This document shows, piece by piece, positions 1 through 9,073 of a stretch of DNA of 64,000 nt (the stretch's first letter is position 1; each line of letters opens with the position of its first letter). A program made the translations under genes and the position numbers. The notes beneath the pieces were generated by a model. The model did no database searches. It saw only the letters and a program-made list of their open reading frames with translations, and was not told where the DNA came from. Source of the stretch: Streptosporangiaceae bacterium. GTDB lineage: Bacteria; Actinomycetota; Actinomycetes; Streptosporangiales; Streptosporangiaceae. Location: assembly GCA_050011155.1 (NCBI GenBank), contig JBEKJP010000007.1, forward strand, positions 31,553 through 95,552. Reading direction: 5' to 3'.

Positions 1-681
1 CGCGGGCAGCCCGGTGTGCGGCGCGATCTCTTCCGCGTGCTTGGCCAGCAGCTCGGGCAGGACGTCCACGCCGTCCAGGAAGACCGAACGCTCCCAGGTC
101 AGGTGGTTCAGGCCGACATGCCCCAGTGACACCTCGGCGGGAGCGACCCCGAGCTTGGCCGCGAAGTCACGCTGGAACCCGATGGCCACGTTGCACAGGC
201 CGACCGCGCGGTGCCCGGCGGTGAGAAGTGCCCGGGTGACGATGCCCACCGGGTTGGTGAAGTCGATGATGAAGGCTGAGGGCGAAGCCCGACGGGAGGC
301 CCGTTCGGCCAGATCGAGGACGACCGGCACGGTACGGAGAGCTTTTGCAAATCCCCCGGCCCCGGTGGTCTCCTGCCCGACGCAGCCGCAGTCAAGCGGC
401 CAGGTCTCGTCGCGGTGGCGGGTGGCCTGGCCGCCGACCCGGAGCTGGAACAAGACCGCGTCCGCGCCCTCGGTGCCGTCGTCCACGCTGTCCGTCCAGC
501 GCACGTCGGCGGGATGGTCGTGCGTGGCCATGATCCGGGCCGACACCGGCCCCACCGCGGCCAGCCGGTCCGGGTCGGGGTCGACCAGGACCAGTTCCTC
601 GACCGAGGGCAGCAGCCGCCCGATCCCGTCCGCGAGCTCGGGGGTGTAGGTAGAACCGCCGCCGATCACTGCGATTTTCAT
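1..681 (-). CDS. Glycoside hydrolase family 4 enzyme (6-phospho-beta-glucosidase CelF/ChbF-like), N-terminal part; the 3' end lies beyond the window start
   Basis: Reverse-complement translation from ATG at 681..679 gives MKIAVIGGGSTYTPELADGIGRL...LRVGG...GQETTGAGGF...FTNPVGIV...GLCN, which resembles E. coli CelF. It is absent from the ORF track because it runs off the window edge. Its start forms an ATGA overlap with the stop of the upstream ABC ATPase gene. Confidence 0.85.
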   Translation of the reverse strand, partial: MKIAVIGGGSTYTPELADGIGRLLPSVEELVLVDPDPDRLAAVGPVSARIMATHDHPADVRWTDSVDDGTEGADAVLFQLRVGGQATRHRDETWPLDCGCVGQETTGAGGFAKALRTVPVVLDLAERASRRASPSAFIIDFTNPVGIVTRALLTAGHRAVGLCNVAIGFQRDFAAKLGVAPAEVSLGHVGLNHLTWERSVFLDGVDVLPELLAKHAEEIAPHTGLPA

Positions 682-1691
682 GCCGTGAACGCCTTTACTT
701 CCTCGGAGCTGTTCTGGGCAACGTGACAGGCCGCGCTGTGATCGGGGCGCAGTTCCACCAGCGACGGCGTGACCTGCGCGCAGGTGTCGATGGCGAGCGG
801 GCAGCGCCAGCGGAACCGGCAGCCGGGGGTCGGGTCGATGACCCGGGGCGGCTCGCCCCGGTCGGTCTCGGCCGCCACCGACAGCGGCGCGCGGGGGTCG
901 GGCACCGCGGACAGCAGCAGCTGGGTGTACGGGTGCCTGGGGTGGGCGAGCACGTCCTCGATCGGCCCCGTCTCGGCGATCTGGCCGGCGTACATCACGA
1001 TCAGCCGGTCGGCCACGTACCGCGCGCTGGCGATGTCGTGGGTGATGTAGAGGATCGACACGCCTTCGTCGTCGCGCAGCTTGGCCATCAAGTTGAGCAG
1101 CCCGATCCTGATCGACACGTCCAGCATCGAAACCGGCTCGTCGGCCAGGATCAGCTTCGGCCTCATGGCCAGCGCCTGGGCGAAGCCGACGCGCTGCCGC
1201 TGGCCGCCGCTCAGCTCGTATGGGAAGCGCTGCGGCATGTCGGGGTTCAGCCCGACCACCTCGAAGACCCGGGCCGTTTCCTCCTGCCGCTGCGCCTCGG
1301 ACAGCGACGGCCGGTGCAGCTTCAGGCTGCGCAGCACGCCGTGGCTGACCCGGAACACCGGGTTGATCGAGGCGAACGGGTCCTGGAACACCATCGGCAC
1401 CAGCCCGCTGTAGCGCAGCCGCTCGGCGCGCGATTTCATCGCGGCCAGTGGCTTGCCCTCGAAGAACACCTCGCCCGCGGTCGGCGGGTAGATCCGGGCC
1501 AGCACGCGGGCGATGGTGGACTTGCCGCTGCCGCTTTCCCCCGCCAGCGCCACGATCTCCCGCTCGCCGATGGTGAAGTTGACGTCGTCCACGGCGTGCA
1601 GCGTCCGCCGGGACAGCGCGCCGCCGATCTTGAAGTGCCGGGTCAGGTGCTCGGCCCGAATCAGGCCAGCACCGTGCAGTTCACTGGTCAT
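678..1691 (-). CDS. Opp/Dpp-family ABC transporter ATP-binding protein (OppF/DppF-like)
   Basis: Walker A GESGSGKST, signature LSGGQRQR, Walker B LILADEP, and a C-terminal oligopeptide-ABC extension with a Cys cluster. The start is placed at the internal ATG at 1691 (MTSELHGAG...), which gives an ATGA overlap with the upstream gene. The ORF-track start at 1775 is probably too long. Confidence 0.9.
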   Translation of the reverse strand: MTSELHGAGLIRAEHLTRHFKIGGALSRRTLHAVDDVNFTIGEREIVALAGESGSGKSTIARVLARIYPPTAGEVFFEGKPLAAMKSRAERLRYSGLVPMVFQDPFASINPVFRVSHGVLRSLKLHRPSLSEAQRQEETARVFEVVGLNPDMPQRFPYELSGGQRQRVGFAQALAMRPKLILADEPVSMLDVSIRIGLLNLMAKLRDDEGVSILYITHDIASARYVADRLIVMYAGQIAETGPIEDVLAHPRHPYTQLLLSAVPDPRAPLSVAAETDRGEPPRVIDPTPGCRFRWRCPLAIDTCAQVTPSLVELRPDHSAACHVAQNSSEEVKAFTA

Positions 1692-2665
1692 GAAACCAGG
1701 CTCCCGTCCTCGCGGCGCAGACAGCGGACCAGCGCCTCGTCCAGCGGGTACAGACCGGGCTCGACCTCGGCGCACTTGTCGACCGCGTACGGGCAGCGCG
1801 GGTGGAACCGGCAGCCGGACGGCACGCGGGCCAGGTCGGGCGGGTTGCCGGGGATGCCTTTCAACGGCACGCGCGGGCCCCGGATGGACGGGAAGGCCTC
1901 GAGCAGGCCCTGCGTATAGGGGTGCAGCGGCCGGTCGAAGACCGCCCGGGTGGCGCCGAGCTCGTCCACCTGACCGGCGTACATCACCATCAGCCGGTCG
2001 GAGAAGTGGCTGATCAGCGACATGTCGTGGGTGACGAAGATGACCGCGAAGCCGAACGCCAGCTGCAGTTCCTTGATCTGCACCATCAGCGAACGCTGGG
2101 CCACCACGTCCAGCGCCGAAGTCGGCTCGTCCATGATGACCAGGTCCGGGGTGAACAGCAGGGCCATCGCGATCATCGAGCGCTGCCGCATCCCGCCCGA
2201 CAGCTGGTGCGGGTAGCTGCGCAGGTGCTCCGGGTCGATGCCGACCATCCGGAGCACCTCGGCCGACCGGGCGGCTATGTCCCGGTCGGGTACCTTGCCG
2301 TGCGCCCGCATCACGTCCTTGAACTGGGCCCCGATGGTCTTGACGGGGTTGAGCGCGTTCATCGCGCTCTGCATGACCACCGACATGTCCCGCCAGCGGA
2401 TCGCGGACAGCTGCCCGTCGGTCAGCCCGACCAGGTTCGTCCCGCCGAACGTGACGCTGCCCGCCGCTACCTCCGCCGGCGGGGCGAGCAACTGGGCCAC
2501 GGCGAACAGCAGGGTGGACTTGCCGCAGCCCGACTCGCCCACGATGCCGAGGAACTCGCCCCGGCTGACCGTGAACGACACGTCGTCGACGGCGCGGACG
2601 TCGCCCCGGTCCAGGATGTAGTCCACGGACAGGCCGCTGACCTCAAGCACTGGCGCGTCGGACAC
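1688..2665 (-). CDS. Opp/Dpp-family ABC transporter ATP-binding protein (OppD/DppD-like)
   Basis: Walker A GESGCGKST, signature LSGGMRQR, Walker B VIMDEPTSALD, and a C-terminal CRFHPRCP motif. Confidence 0.9.
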   Translation of the reverse strand: MSDAPVLEVSGLSVDYILDRGDVRAVDDVSFTVSRGEFLGIVGESGCGKSTLLFAVAQLLAPPAEVAAGSVTFGGTNLVGLTDGQLSAIRWRDMSVVMQSAMNALNPVKTIGAQFKDVMRAHGKVPDRDIAARSAEVLRMVGIDPEHLRSYPHQLSGGMRQRSMIAMALLFTPDLVIMDEPTSALDVVAQRSLMVQIKELQLAFGFAVIFVTHDMSLISHFSDRLMVMYAGQVDELGATRAVFDRPLHPYTQGLLEAFPSIRGPRVPLKGIPGNPPDLARVPSGCRFHPRCPYAVDKCAEVEPGLYPLDEALVRCLRREDGSLVS

Positions 2666-3584
2666 GCTTACCCCGTCTCGCTGGTCGTAGGGCCGGGTTG
2701 CCGATCTCGTCGAAGGCGTAGTTGAGCAGGGCGAAGGCCGCCCCGAGGATGGCGATGAGGGCGCCTGGCGCGATCGCCCAGAGCGCCTCGCCGGTCTGCA
2801 GCGCCGCGTTGTTCTGCGCCCAGTACAAGGTGGTGCCCCAGCTCACCGTGTTCGGATCGCCGAGGCCGATGAACTGCAGGCTGGAGGAGAACAGCACCGC
2901 GTAGAGCGCGTTGGTCAGGAAGCTCGCCACGATCAGCGAGGTCATGGTGGGGATGACCTCCACCACGATGATGTAGAGCCGCCGCTCGCCGCGGACCCGG
3001 GCCGCCTCGAGGAAGTCCCGGCTGCGCAGCGTCAGCGCCTGCGAGCGGAGCTGGCGGGCGGTATAAGACCAGCTCGTCAGCGTGATGGCCAGGATCAGCA
3101 CCGGCGTGGTGCCGCCGTGGGCGTAGGCGGCGATGACGATCAGCAGCGGGAACAGCGGGATGACGAGCAGCACGTCGGTCAGCACGCTGAGCGAGCCGTC
3201 CCACAGGCCGCCCAGGTAGGCCGCGGCCACCCCGATCAGGACCGCGATGCCGGTCGTGGCCAGCCCCACCGTGAACGCGATGATCAGCACGTTCCTGGTG
3301 CCGTAGACCAGCTGGGCGAACAGGTCCTGCCCGTAGTGGTTGGTGCCGAGCAGGTGCGCGGTCGAGATCCCCAGCTGGGCGTTGTACGCGTCCTCGGACG
3401 GGCTGTCGTGCGCGATGACGCCGGGGAACAGCGCGATCAGGATGAAGATCAGCAGCAGCACCGACCCGATCGTGGCCTTGCGGTTCGACCGGATCGCGCG
3501 GCCGATGCGGGCCAGCGCGTGGTCGGGCCGGGCCTGGGCGGCAGGGGCTTCCGCGGTGGGGACTCCCGATACGGGCATGGCCAT
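2643..3584 (-). CDS. Opp/Dpp-family ABC transporter permease (OppC/DppC-like)
   Basis: 313-aa polytopic membrane protein with typical BPD-transporter features (...SWSYTARQLRSQALTLRSRDFLEAARVRGE...). It sits inside the ABC operon. Confidence 0.88.
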   Translation of the reverse strand: MAMPVSGVPTAEAPAAQARPDHALARIGRAIRSNRKATIGSVLLLIFILIALFPGVIAHDSPSEDAYNAQLGISTAHLLGTNHYGQDLFAQLVYGTRNVLIIAFTVGLATTGIAVLIGVAAAYLGGLWDGSLSVLTDVLLVIPLFPLLIVIAAYAHGGTTPVLILAITLTSWSYTARQLRSQALTLRSRDFLEAARVRGERRLYIIVVEVIPTMTSLIVASFLTNALYAVLFSSSLQFIGLGDPNTVSWGTTLYWAQNNAALQTGEALWAIAPGALIAILGAAFALLNYAFDEIGNPALRPARRGKRVRRASA

Positions 3585-3586
3585 GG

Positions 3587-4573
3587 CTAGCGCGCCGCCC
3601 GGGTCCGCGGGTCGAGCAGCGCGGTGAGGATGTCCGCGATCAGGATCGCGACCAGCACCGCCACGGTGATCAGCAGGAACAGGCCCTGCATGAGCGGGTA
3701 ATCCTCATTGGATACTGCCTGCAGCAGCATGTAGCCAACTCCGGGATAGTTGAACACGTACTCGATCAAGATGGCCCCGCTGACCACGAAGCCCAGGGAC
3801 ATCGCGAAGCCGGTCAGGTTGGGCAGGATCGCGTTGCGGGCCGCGTAGTCGAACATGATGCGCCGGTTCGGCAGGCCCTTGGCCCGGGCCATCCGCACGT
3901 AATCCTCGGCCAGCGTGGTGATCATCGTGTTCCGCATGGTCAGGATCCAGGTGCCGATGGTGGTGATCAGCAGCGAGACCGAGGGCAGGACCGCGTGGTT
4001 GAACACGTCCTCGAAGAAGACCAGGCTGAGCCCGGGCGTGTCGGTGGTGACGTAGTAGCCGCCCTGGCTGGGGAACCAGTGCAGGGTCAGGGCGAAGATC
4101 AGCACCAGCACCATGCCCACCCAGAAGTACGGGATCGCCGAGGTGATCACGAACGTCGGCGGCACGATGCTGTCCAGCTTCGACCCGCGGCGCCAGGCCG
4201 AGACGATGCCCAGGCCGGTGCCCAGCAGGAAGGCCAGGACGGTGGTGACGCCGACCAGGCCGAACGTCCACCAGACGGCGCTGCCGATGACCGCGGTGAC
4301 CGAGGCCGGGTACTCGCTGAGCGAGGTACCGAGGTTACCGGTCAGGATCTGGTGCAGGTAGCCGAAGTACTGCGAGATCAGGCTCTCGTGGGTGTTGACC
4401 CCGAACAGGATCTCCAGCGCGTTCTGCGCCTTCGGGCTGAGCTCGCCGTGGAACTTCGACATCATGGCCAGCGCGGGGTTACCCGGCATCAGCCGCGGCA
4501 GCAGGAAGTTCAGGGTGAGCGCCGCCCACAGCGTGAGGATGAAGAAACCGAGTCGGCGCAGCGCGTATCTCAA
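3587..4573 (-). CDS. Opp/Dpp-family ABC transporter permease (OppB/DppB-like)
   Basis: N-terminus MRYALRRLGFFILTLWAALTLNFLLPRLMPGNP is the canonical OppB/DppB start. The EAA-like loop reads EDYVRMARAKGLP. Confidence 0.9.
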   Translation of the reverse strand: MRYALRRLGFFILTLWAALTLNFLLPRLMPGNPALAMMSKFHGELSPKAQNALEILFGVNTHESLISQYFGYLHQILTGNLGTSLSEYPASVTAVIGSAVWWTFGLVGVTTVLAFLLGTGLGIVSAWRRGSKLDSIVPPTFVITSAIPYFWVGMVLVLIFALTLHWFPSQGGYYVTTDTPGLSLVFFEDVFNHAVLPSVSLLITTIGTWILTMRNTMITTLAEDYVRMARAKGLPNRRIMFDYAARNAILPNLTGFAMSLGFVVSGAILIEYVFNYPGVGYMLLQAVSNEDYPLMQGLFLLITVAVLVAILIADILTALLDPRTRAAR

Positions 4574-4653
4574 GGCTGGTGTGACTCCTGTAGTGCTGAT
4601 GGATCCGTGGGCCCGGGCTCCTGCTGGGGGAGCCCGGGCCCGGGGCGTCTGGG

Positions 4654-6330
4654 TTACTTCGGGGCCAGGCGCAGCAGCAGCTGCTCGTTGTCCGGGTAGG
4701 CGTACGGCGCGGGCTGGGCGTACGGGTCACCCTGGGTCGGCCAGCCGCTGAAGGTGCCGGTGTCGTACTGGTACCAGTCCACCGCCTCGACCACCGGGAT
4801 GACCGGCACGTCGTTCAGCATCGTGGCCTGGATCTGGTTCAGGATGCTCTGCTGCTGGGACGCGCTGGTGGTCGTCTCGTACTGGTTGAGCAGCTTGTCG
4901 GTGGCCGGGCTGCTGTACCGCTCGTAGTTGCTCGCGGCCTGCTTGCCCACCGGCGCCGTGTCGGCCGAGTTGAGCCAGTTGTTCAGCTCGTACCACGCGC
5001 TCGGGCCGAACGTCTGCTGGTCGTAGTAGGCGAGCTGGAACTTGCCGAAGTCCAGGTCGCTGATGAAGTCGGTGTTCGACAGGTTGCGCGGGGTGATGAT
5101 GATGCCGATCACCTTGAGGTCCTGCTGGATGACCTGCATCGAGGCGACCCAGTCGGAGTAGTCGCCTTCGTTGTTGACGGTGAACGACAGCTTCTGCCCG
5201 GACGCGTTCGTCATGACCCCGCCCGACATGTGGTAGCCCGCCTGGGCCAGCAGCGACTTGGCCTTGGCCGGGTTGTAGCCGTTGCCCCAGGCCGACAGCG
5301 CCGACTGGTTCAGCGAAGAGGAGAAGGTGGGGGTGACGATGCCGGTCTGGTTGGCGGGCGGCTCGTAACCCGACTCGCCGACGTTGGAGACCTGCGTCCG
5401 GTCGATCGCGTACGAGATCGCCTGGCGGACCTTCGGGTTCTTGAGCTGAGGGTCGGTCAGGTTCGGGATCAGCGTGACGTTGACCGTCGGCGGGAACCAG
5501 TAGTGGTAGTCCGGGCTCTTGGACGTGTAGAACGCCTTGATGCTCGGGATGTACTGGCCGCCCCACTGCGCCTGCCCGTTGGCCAGGTCGTCGTTGGCCG
5601 TGTTGTTGCTGGTGTAGGCCGGGTACTGGAGGGTCTTGACCTTCGGCAGGCCCGGCTGCCAGTAGTCCGGGTTGGCCTTGTAGGTGACGTTCTGCGGGGT
5701 GCACTTGCTCACCGTGTACGGGCCGGTGCCGACCGGGTTCGCGTTCGGGTTCGTCACCGGGTTCGCCATCTTCGAGAAGATGTGCTCGGGCACGATCGGC
5801 GTCTGGTCCGCGATGTAGTAGAAGTACGGCACGGCCACGGTGCTGAAGTTCATCGTGACCGTGCTGCCCGACGCGGTGACGCTGGACAGCACCGACCACG
5901 CCCCGGTCAGGTCCAGGGCCTTGTCCTTCTTCGTCAGGTTGAAGGTGTAAGCCACGTCGTTGGCCGTCATCGGCTGGCCGTCGCTCCACTTGACCCCGGA
6001 GCGGATCGTGAACGTCAGCGTCTTGTTGCCGTTGCTCCACTTGTACGACGAGGCCAGCATCGGCGTGGTCTTGCCCTGCTGCAGCGGGTTCACGTAGACC
6101 AGCGGCTCGTAGGTGAATCCGACCGACAGTCCCGTGTCGGAGGGGTTGAGCGGGTTGAACCCGCAGGTCCAGAGCTGGCCGCTCTCGTTGTCGATGGTCA
6201 GCACGCTGCTGGTCGCGGCCTTGCCGCCGTTGCCCGAGCCGGAACTCGTGGTCGATTGCGACCCGGCGGTACACCCGGCCGCGATCGCGCCGGCCGCGAC
6301 GATGACCCCGTATCTGAAGAGGCGTCTCAT
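4654..6330 (-). CDS. Family-5 extracellular solute-binding lipoprotein of the ABC importer
   Basis: 558 aa. Signal peptide with lipobox (AGAIAAGC) followed by a Ser/Gly/Thr linker. The size and composition fit SBP_bac_5 proteins. It is the first gene of the minus-strand operon. Confidence 0.88.
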   Translation of the reverse strand: MRRLFRYGVIVAAGAIAAGCTAGSQSTTSSGSGNGGKAATSSVLTIDNESGQLWTCGFNPLNPSDTGLSVGFTYEPLVYVNPLQQGKTTPMLASSYKWSNGNKTLTFTIRSGVKWSDGQPMTANDVAYTFNLTKKDKALDLTGAWSVLSSVTASGSTVTMNFSTVAVPYFYYIADQTPIVPEHIFSKMANPVTNPNANPVGTGPYTVSKCTPQNVTYKANPDYWQPGLPKVKTLQYPAYTSNNTANDDLANGQAQWGGQYIPSIKAFYTSKSPDYHYWFPPTVNVTLIPNLTDPQLKNPKVRQAISYAIDRTQVSNVGESGYEPPANQTGIVTPTFSSSLNQSALSAWGNGYNPAKAKSLLAQAGYHMSGGVMTNASGQKLSFTVNNEGDYSDWVASMQVIQQDLKVIGIIITPRNLSNTDFISDLDFGKFQLAYYDQQTFGPSAWYELNNWLNSADTAPVGKQAASNYERYSSPATDKLLNQYETTTSASQQQSILNQIQATMLNDVPVIPVVEAVDWYQYDTGTFSGWPTQGDPYAQPAPYAYPDNEQLLLRLAPK

Positions 6331-6526
6331 GCCGTTTCGTCCTTACTTGCCGTGTGGCCCGATTAATCCTGACCGGGCGCGGAGCCGCCGGGGCTGCGCG
6401 CCGATACGGCGGCTGTCCCGTGCGGGGCGGCCGTCGCGCTGATGCGACGTCTGCTGTTCTGCCTGGTGTTTTGCTCTGGTGTGGCGCTGGCCGGGATGAC
6501 CCGAAGTCACCCCTTCCGTGAATTTT

Positions 6527-6545
6527 GTTAGGACAGTATCCTAAC
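6527..6545. promoter_or_regulatory. Perfect 7-5-7 palindrome GTTAGGA-cagta-TCCTAAC in the divergent promoter region; candidate ROK-regulator operator
   Basis: Read directly from the sequence. It lies about 76 bp upstream of the ROK gene start and about 197 bp upstream of the SBP gene start, in a locally lower-GC intergenic region. Confidence 0.45.
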
Positions 6546-6620
6546 TATCTGCCGGGGACAAGGGTCCCGGTGAACTGACGCGAGCTCTTAACATTCGGTT
6601 CTTTACATTCGACAGAGGAG

Positions 6621-7871
6621 ATGGCCGTGACCGCCACGACTGAGCCGGCCTCGGCCCTGCCTCCTCCGGAGAATTCCGCCGCGGTCCTGGTCGCGGCGCG
6701 GCCCTCGCTGATCCGGGCGATGAACGAGCAGCTGCTGCTGGAGCAGATCAGGCAGCGCGGCTCGTGCTCGCGGGCCGAACTGGCCCGGGTTTCCGGGCTG
6801 TCCAAGCCGACCGTGTCGCTCGCCCTGGACAACGTGGAGCGGGCGGGCCTGGTCCGCATCGCCGGGCAGCGGACCGGGGTGCCCGGCCGGTCGGCCCGGC
6901 TGTACGAGATCAGGCCGGACGCGGGCCTGGTGCTCGGGCTCGACATCGGGCACGAGTACGTGCGCGGCGCGATCGCCGACCTTTCTGGTGAGATCCGGGC
7001 CCGGCAGTCGCAGCGGGCCCACGCCACCAGCGTTCCCGGCCGGGTGGCCGAGCTCGTCGGGCTGGCCGACATGCTGTGCGAGAGCGCGGGCGTGTCCCGG
7101 CCGGCCATTACCCAGACGGTGATCGGCAGCCCGGGCGTGTACGACCCGCGGCGCAACGCGATGAAGCTGACCGGGGGCCTGCGCGGCTGGGACCGGCCCG
7201 CCGCGCTGGCCGGCCTGCGGGAGGCGTTCGGCGCCTCGCTGGTGATGGAGAACGACGTGAACGCCGCCGCCCTGGCCGAGCGCGCGCTCGGCCACGGCCG
7301 CGAGGTCGACCACTTCACGCTCGTGCACATCGGCACCGGCATCGCCCTGGGGGTGGTTCTCGGCGGCCAGCTGCTGCGCGGCGCGCACGGGGTGGCGGGG
7401 GAGATCGCCTTCTTGCCGCTGTCCGGCGGGGCCGGCGCGGACGAGCACGAGGCCCGCCGACGGGGCCCCCTCGAGGCGTCCGCGTCCGCGTCCGGCGTGG
7501 TCCGGGCGGCCCGCCGCGGCGGCATGCGCGGCCCGGTGTCCGCCCGCCGCGTGTTCGAGGCCGCCGCGGCCGGCGACGAGCGGGCGATGGCCGTGGTGGC
7601 GGAGGAGGCGCGGCTGATCGCCCAGACGATCTGCGCCGTCATCACCGTGGTCGACCCGGAGCTGATCGTGCTCGGCGGCGGCATCGGCCGCGCGCCCGGC
7701 TTCGCCGAGGCGGTCACCGCGGAACTCGAGCAAATGGCGCCCGTCATGCCGGCCATCAGGGTCAGCGCCCTGGGCACGGACGCGGTCGTCGACGGCTGCC
7801 TGGCGGCCGGGACCGAGCTGGCCTGGGCCCGGGTGATGACGACCGTGCTGCCCATCGCGCCCTCATCTTAA
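6621..7871 (+). CDS. ROK-family transcriptional regulator
   Basis: N-terminal winged HTH (LLLEQIRQRGSCSRAELARVSGLSKPTVSLALDNVERAGLV) followed by a ROK sugar-kinase-like fold (GLDIGHEY..., ENDVNAAALAE..., GIGxG). AGGAG lies upstream of the ATG at 6621. Confidence 0.88.
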   Translation: MAVTATTEPASALPPPENSAAVLVAARPSLIRAMNEQLLLEQIRQRGSCSRAELARVSGLSKPTVSLALDNVERAGLVRIAGQRTGVPGRSARLYEIRPDAGLVLGLDIGHEYVRGAIADLSGEIRARQSQRAHATSVPGRVAELVGLADMLCESAGVSRPAITQTVIGSPGVYDPRRNAMKLTGGLRGWDRPAALAGLREAFGASLVMENDVNAAALAERALGHGREVDHFTLVHIGTGIALGVVLGGQLLRGAHGVAGEIAFLPLSGGAGADEHEARRRGPLEASASASGVVRAARRGGMRGPVSARRVFEAAAAGDERAMAVVAEEARLIAQTICAVITVVDPELIVLGGGIGRAPGFAEAVTAELEQMAPVMPAIRVSALGTDAVVDGCLAAGTELAWARVMTTVLPIAPSS

Positions 7872-7916
7872 AAACGGTTGACCAGCGGGCTGAGGTCCGC
7901 CGTACGGTAAGGCTCC

Positions 7917-8912
7917 GTGAGGGATCGCCCCGAGGGAATTACCGAACGAGACATGCTTCTCGCCCTGGCCGACGGCTGGAGCGTGGCCGGGTGGAAGCTG
8001 GAGTACGCCCCCGTGGGCGCCGGCAGCTACCACTGGACGGCGGCTCTCCGGTCAGGCGGCGGTCCGGAGGAGCGGCGGTTCGTCACCGTCGATGACCTGG
8101 ACGACAAGGGCTGGCTGGGCCGGACCAGGCCCGCGGTCCTGGCCGGCCTGCGCGCCGCGATGGACGCCGCCGTGACCCTGCGCCGGGCCGGGCTCGGGTT
8201 CGTGGCGGCCCCGGTGCCCGCCCGTACCGGCGAGACGGTCCGGCCGCTCGGCCACGGTCACGCCATCACCGTGTTCCCGTACCTGGACGGCTCATCCGGC
8301 GCATGGGGCGAGCCGCTGCCCGCGCCCGAGCGTGGCGAACTGGCCGCGATGCTGGCCGCGCTGCACCAGGCGGATCCGGCGGCGGTCCGGCTGCCGCGCG
8401 TCGAACTGGCCCTGCCCTGGCGCGGCGAACTGGAAGCGGCCCTGACCGAACTCGGCCAGCCCTGGACCGGCGGCCCCTACTCCGAGCAGGCCCGGGCGCT
8501 GCTGGCCAGCGCCGCCCGGCCGGTCCGCCGTCACCTGGATACCCTGGACCGCTGGGCCCCCCGGCTGGCCGTGGCGGCGGCCGTGATCACCCACGGCGAG
8601 CCCCACCCCGGCAACGTCATGCGGGCCCCCGGCGGCCTCATGCTCATCGACTGGGACACAGCCGCCCTGGCCCCGCCCGAACGCGACCTGTGGCTGGTCG
8701 CCACCGAGTCCGGCGACGAGGTGCGCCGCTACACCGAGCTCACCGGCCACCCGGTCGACCCCGCCGCGCTGGAGTTCTACCGGCTGCGCTGGGCCTTGGA
8801 TGACCTGTCTTGCTTCCTCCGCGACCTCCGCGCCCCCCACCACCCCACCCCCGGCACCGAAGACGCCTGGCTGAACCTAGAAACCGCCCTCACCGCCCTC
8901 ACCGCTACGTGA
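7917..8912 (+). CDS. Aminoglycoside/phosphotransferase (APH) family kinase
   Basis: Catalytic-loop and metal-binding motifs HGEPHPGNVM...LIDWDTA...ERDL, typical of the APH/choline-kinase fold. GTG start. Confidence 0.8.
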   Translation: MRDRPEGITERDMLLALADGWSVAGWKLEYAPVGAGSYHWTAALRSGGGPEERRFVTVDDLDDKGWLGRTRPAVLAGLRAAMDAAVTLRRAGLGFVAAPVPARTGETVRPLGHGHAITVFPYLDGSSGAWGEPLPAPERGELAAMLAALHQADPAAVRLPRVELALPWRGELEAALTELGQPWTGGPYSEQARALLASAARPVRRHLDTLDRWAPRLAVAAAVITHGEPHPGNVMRAPGGLMLIDWDTAALAPPERDLWLVATESGDEVRRYTELTGHPVDPAALEFYRLRWALDDLSCFLRDLRAPHHPTPGTEDAWLNLETALTALTAT

Positions 8913-8969
8913 CCCGATGTGCCACCGGTGCACCTCTAGGTGACCCGATGTGCCACGGGTGCCGTTAAC
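8909..8969. repeat. Copy A of a conserved ~55-nt motif (TGTGCCACCGGTGCACYTCTAnGTGACCC..ATGTGCCACsGG..CCGTT); here the GTGACCCGATGTGCCAC unit is duplicated
   Basis: Near-identical strings occur at 17588-17643 and 41983-42035. Copy A overlaps the stop codon of the APH-like gene. Confidence 0.7.
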
Positions 8970-9073
8970 TGGCGGCCGACTCTCATCTGCCCCGGCGGTG
9001 GCGTGCCTCACTGGCCTCGTCAGCACCTTCTGCATCAAGGATCTGCACACTGGTGCGGGAAGCCCGCCCTAAC

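Noticed and set aside
14-649. ORF-track entry 14-649 (+), 211 aa
   Set aside because: It is the antisense frame of the clearly recognisable GH4 gene and has Arg/Ser/Thr/Pro-rich composition, typical of spurious high-GC ORFs.
723-1919. Long plus-strand ORF (398 aa) overlapping the two ABC ATPase genes. The same class includes 5230-6366 (+), 6545-7855 (-), 9561-10874 (-), 9614-11338 (+), 11834-13096 (-), 20339-21493 (-), 24789-25874 (-), 38080-39468 (-), 53569-55695 (-), 60094-61122 (-), 61287-62450 (-) and 62447-63355 (-)
   Set aside because: All are antisense or shifted frames of genes with strong family motifs. Their products are Arg/Gly/Pro/Asp-rich low-complexity sequences without recognisable domains. 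This is the expected artefact of ~70% GC DNA.
8909-8969. Conserved minus-strand peptide GH(I/V/L)EVHRWH(T/I) encoded by all three copies of the 55-nt motif (seen in ORF-track entries 17447-17698 and 41882-42082)
   Set aside because: The copies share no start or stop context, and copy A lies antisense to a real gene end. The variable nucleotide is a first codon position rather than a synonymous site. The conservation is better explained at the DNA or RNA level.
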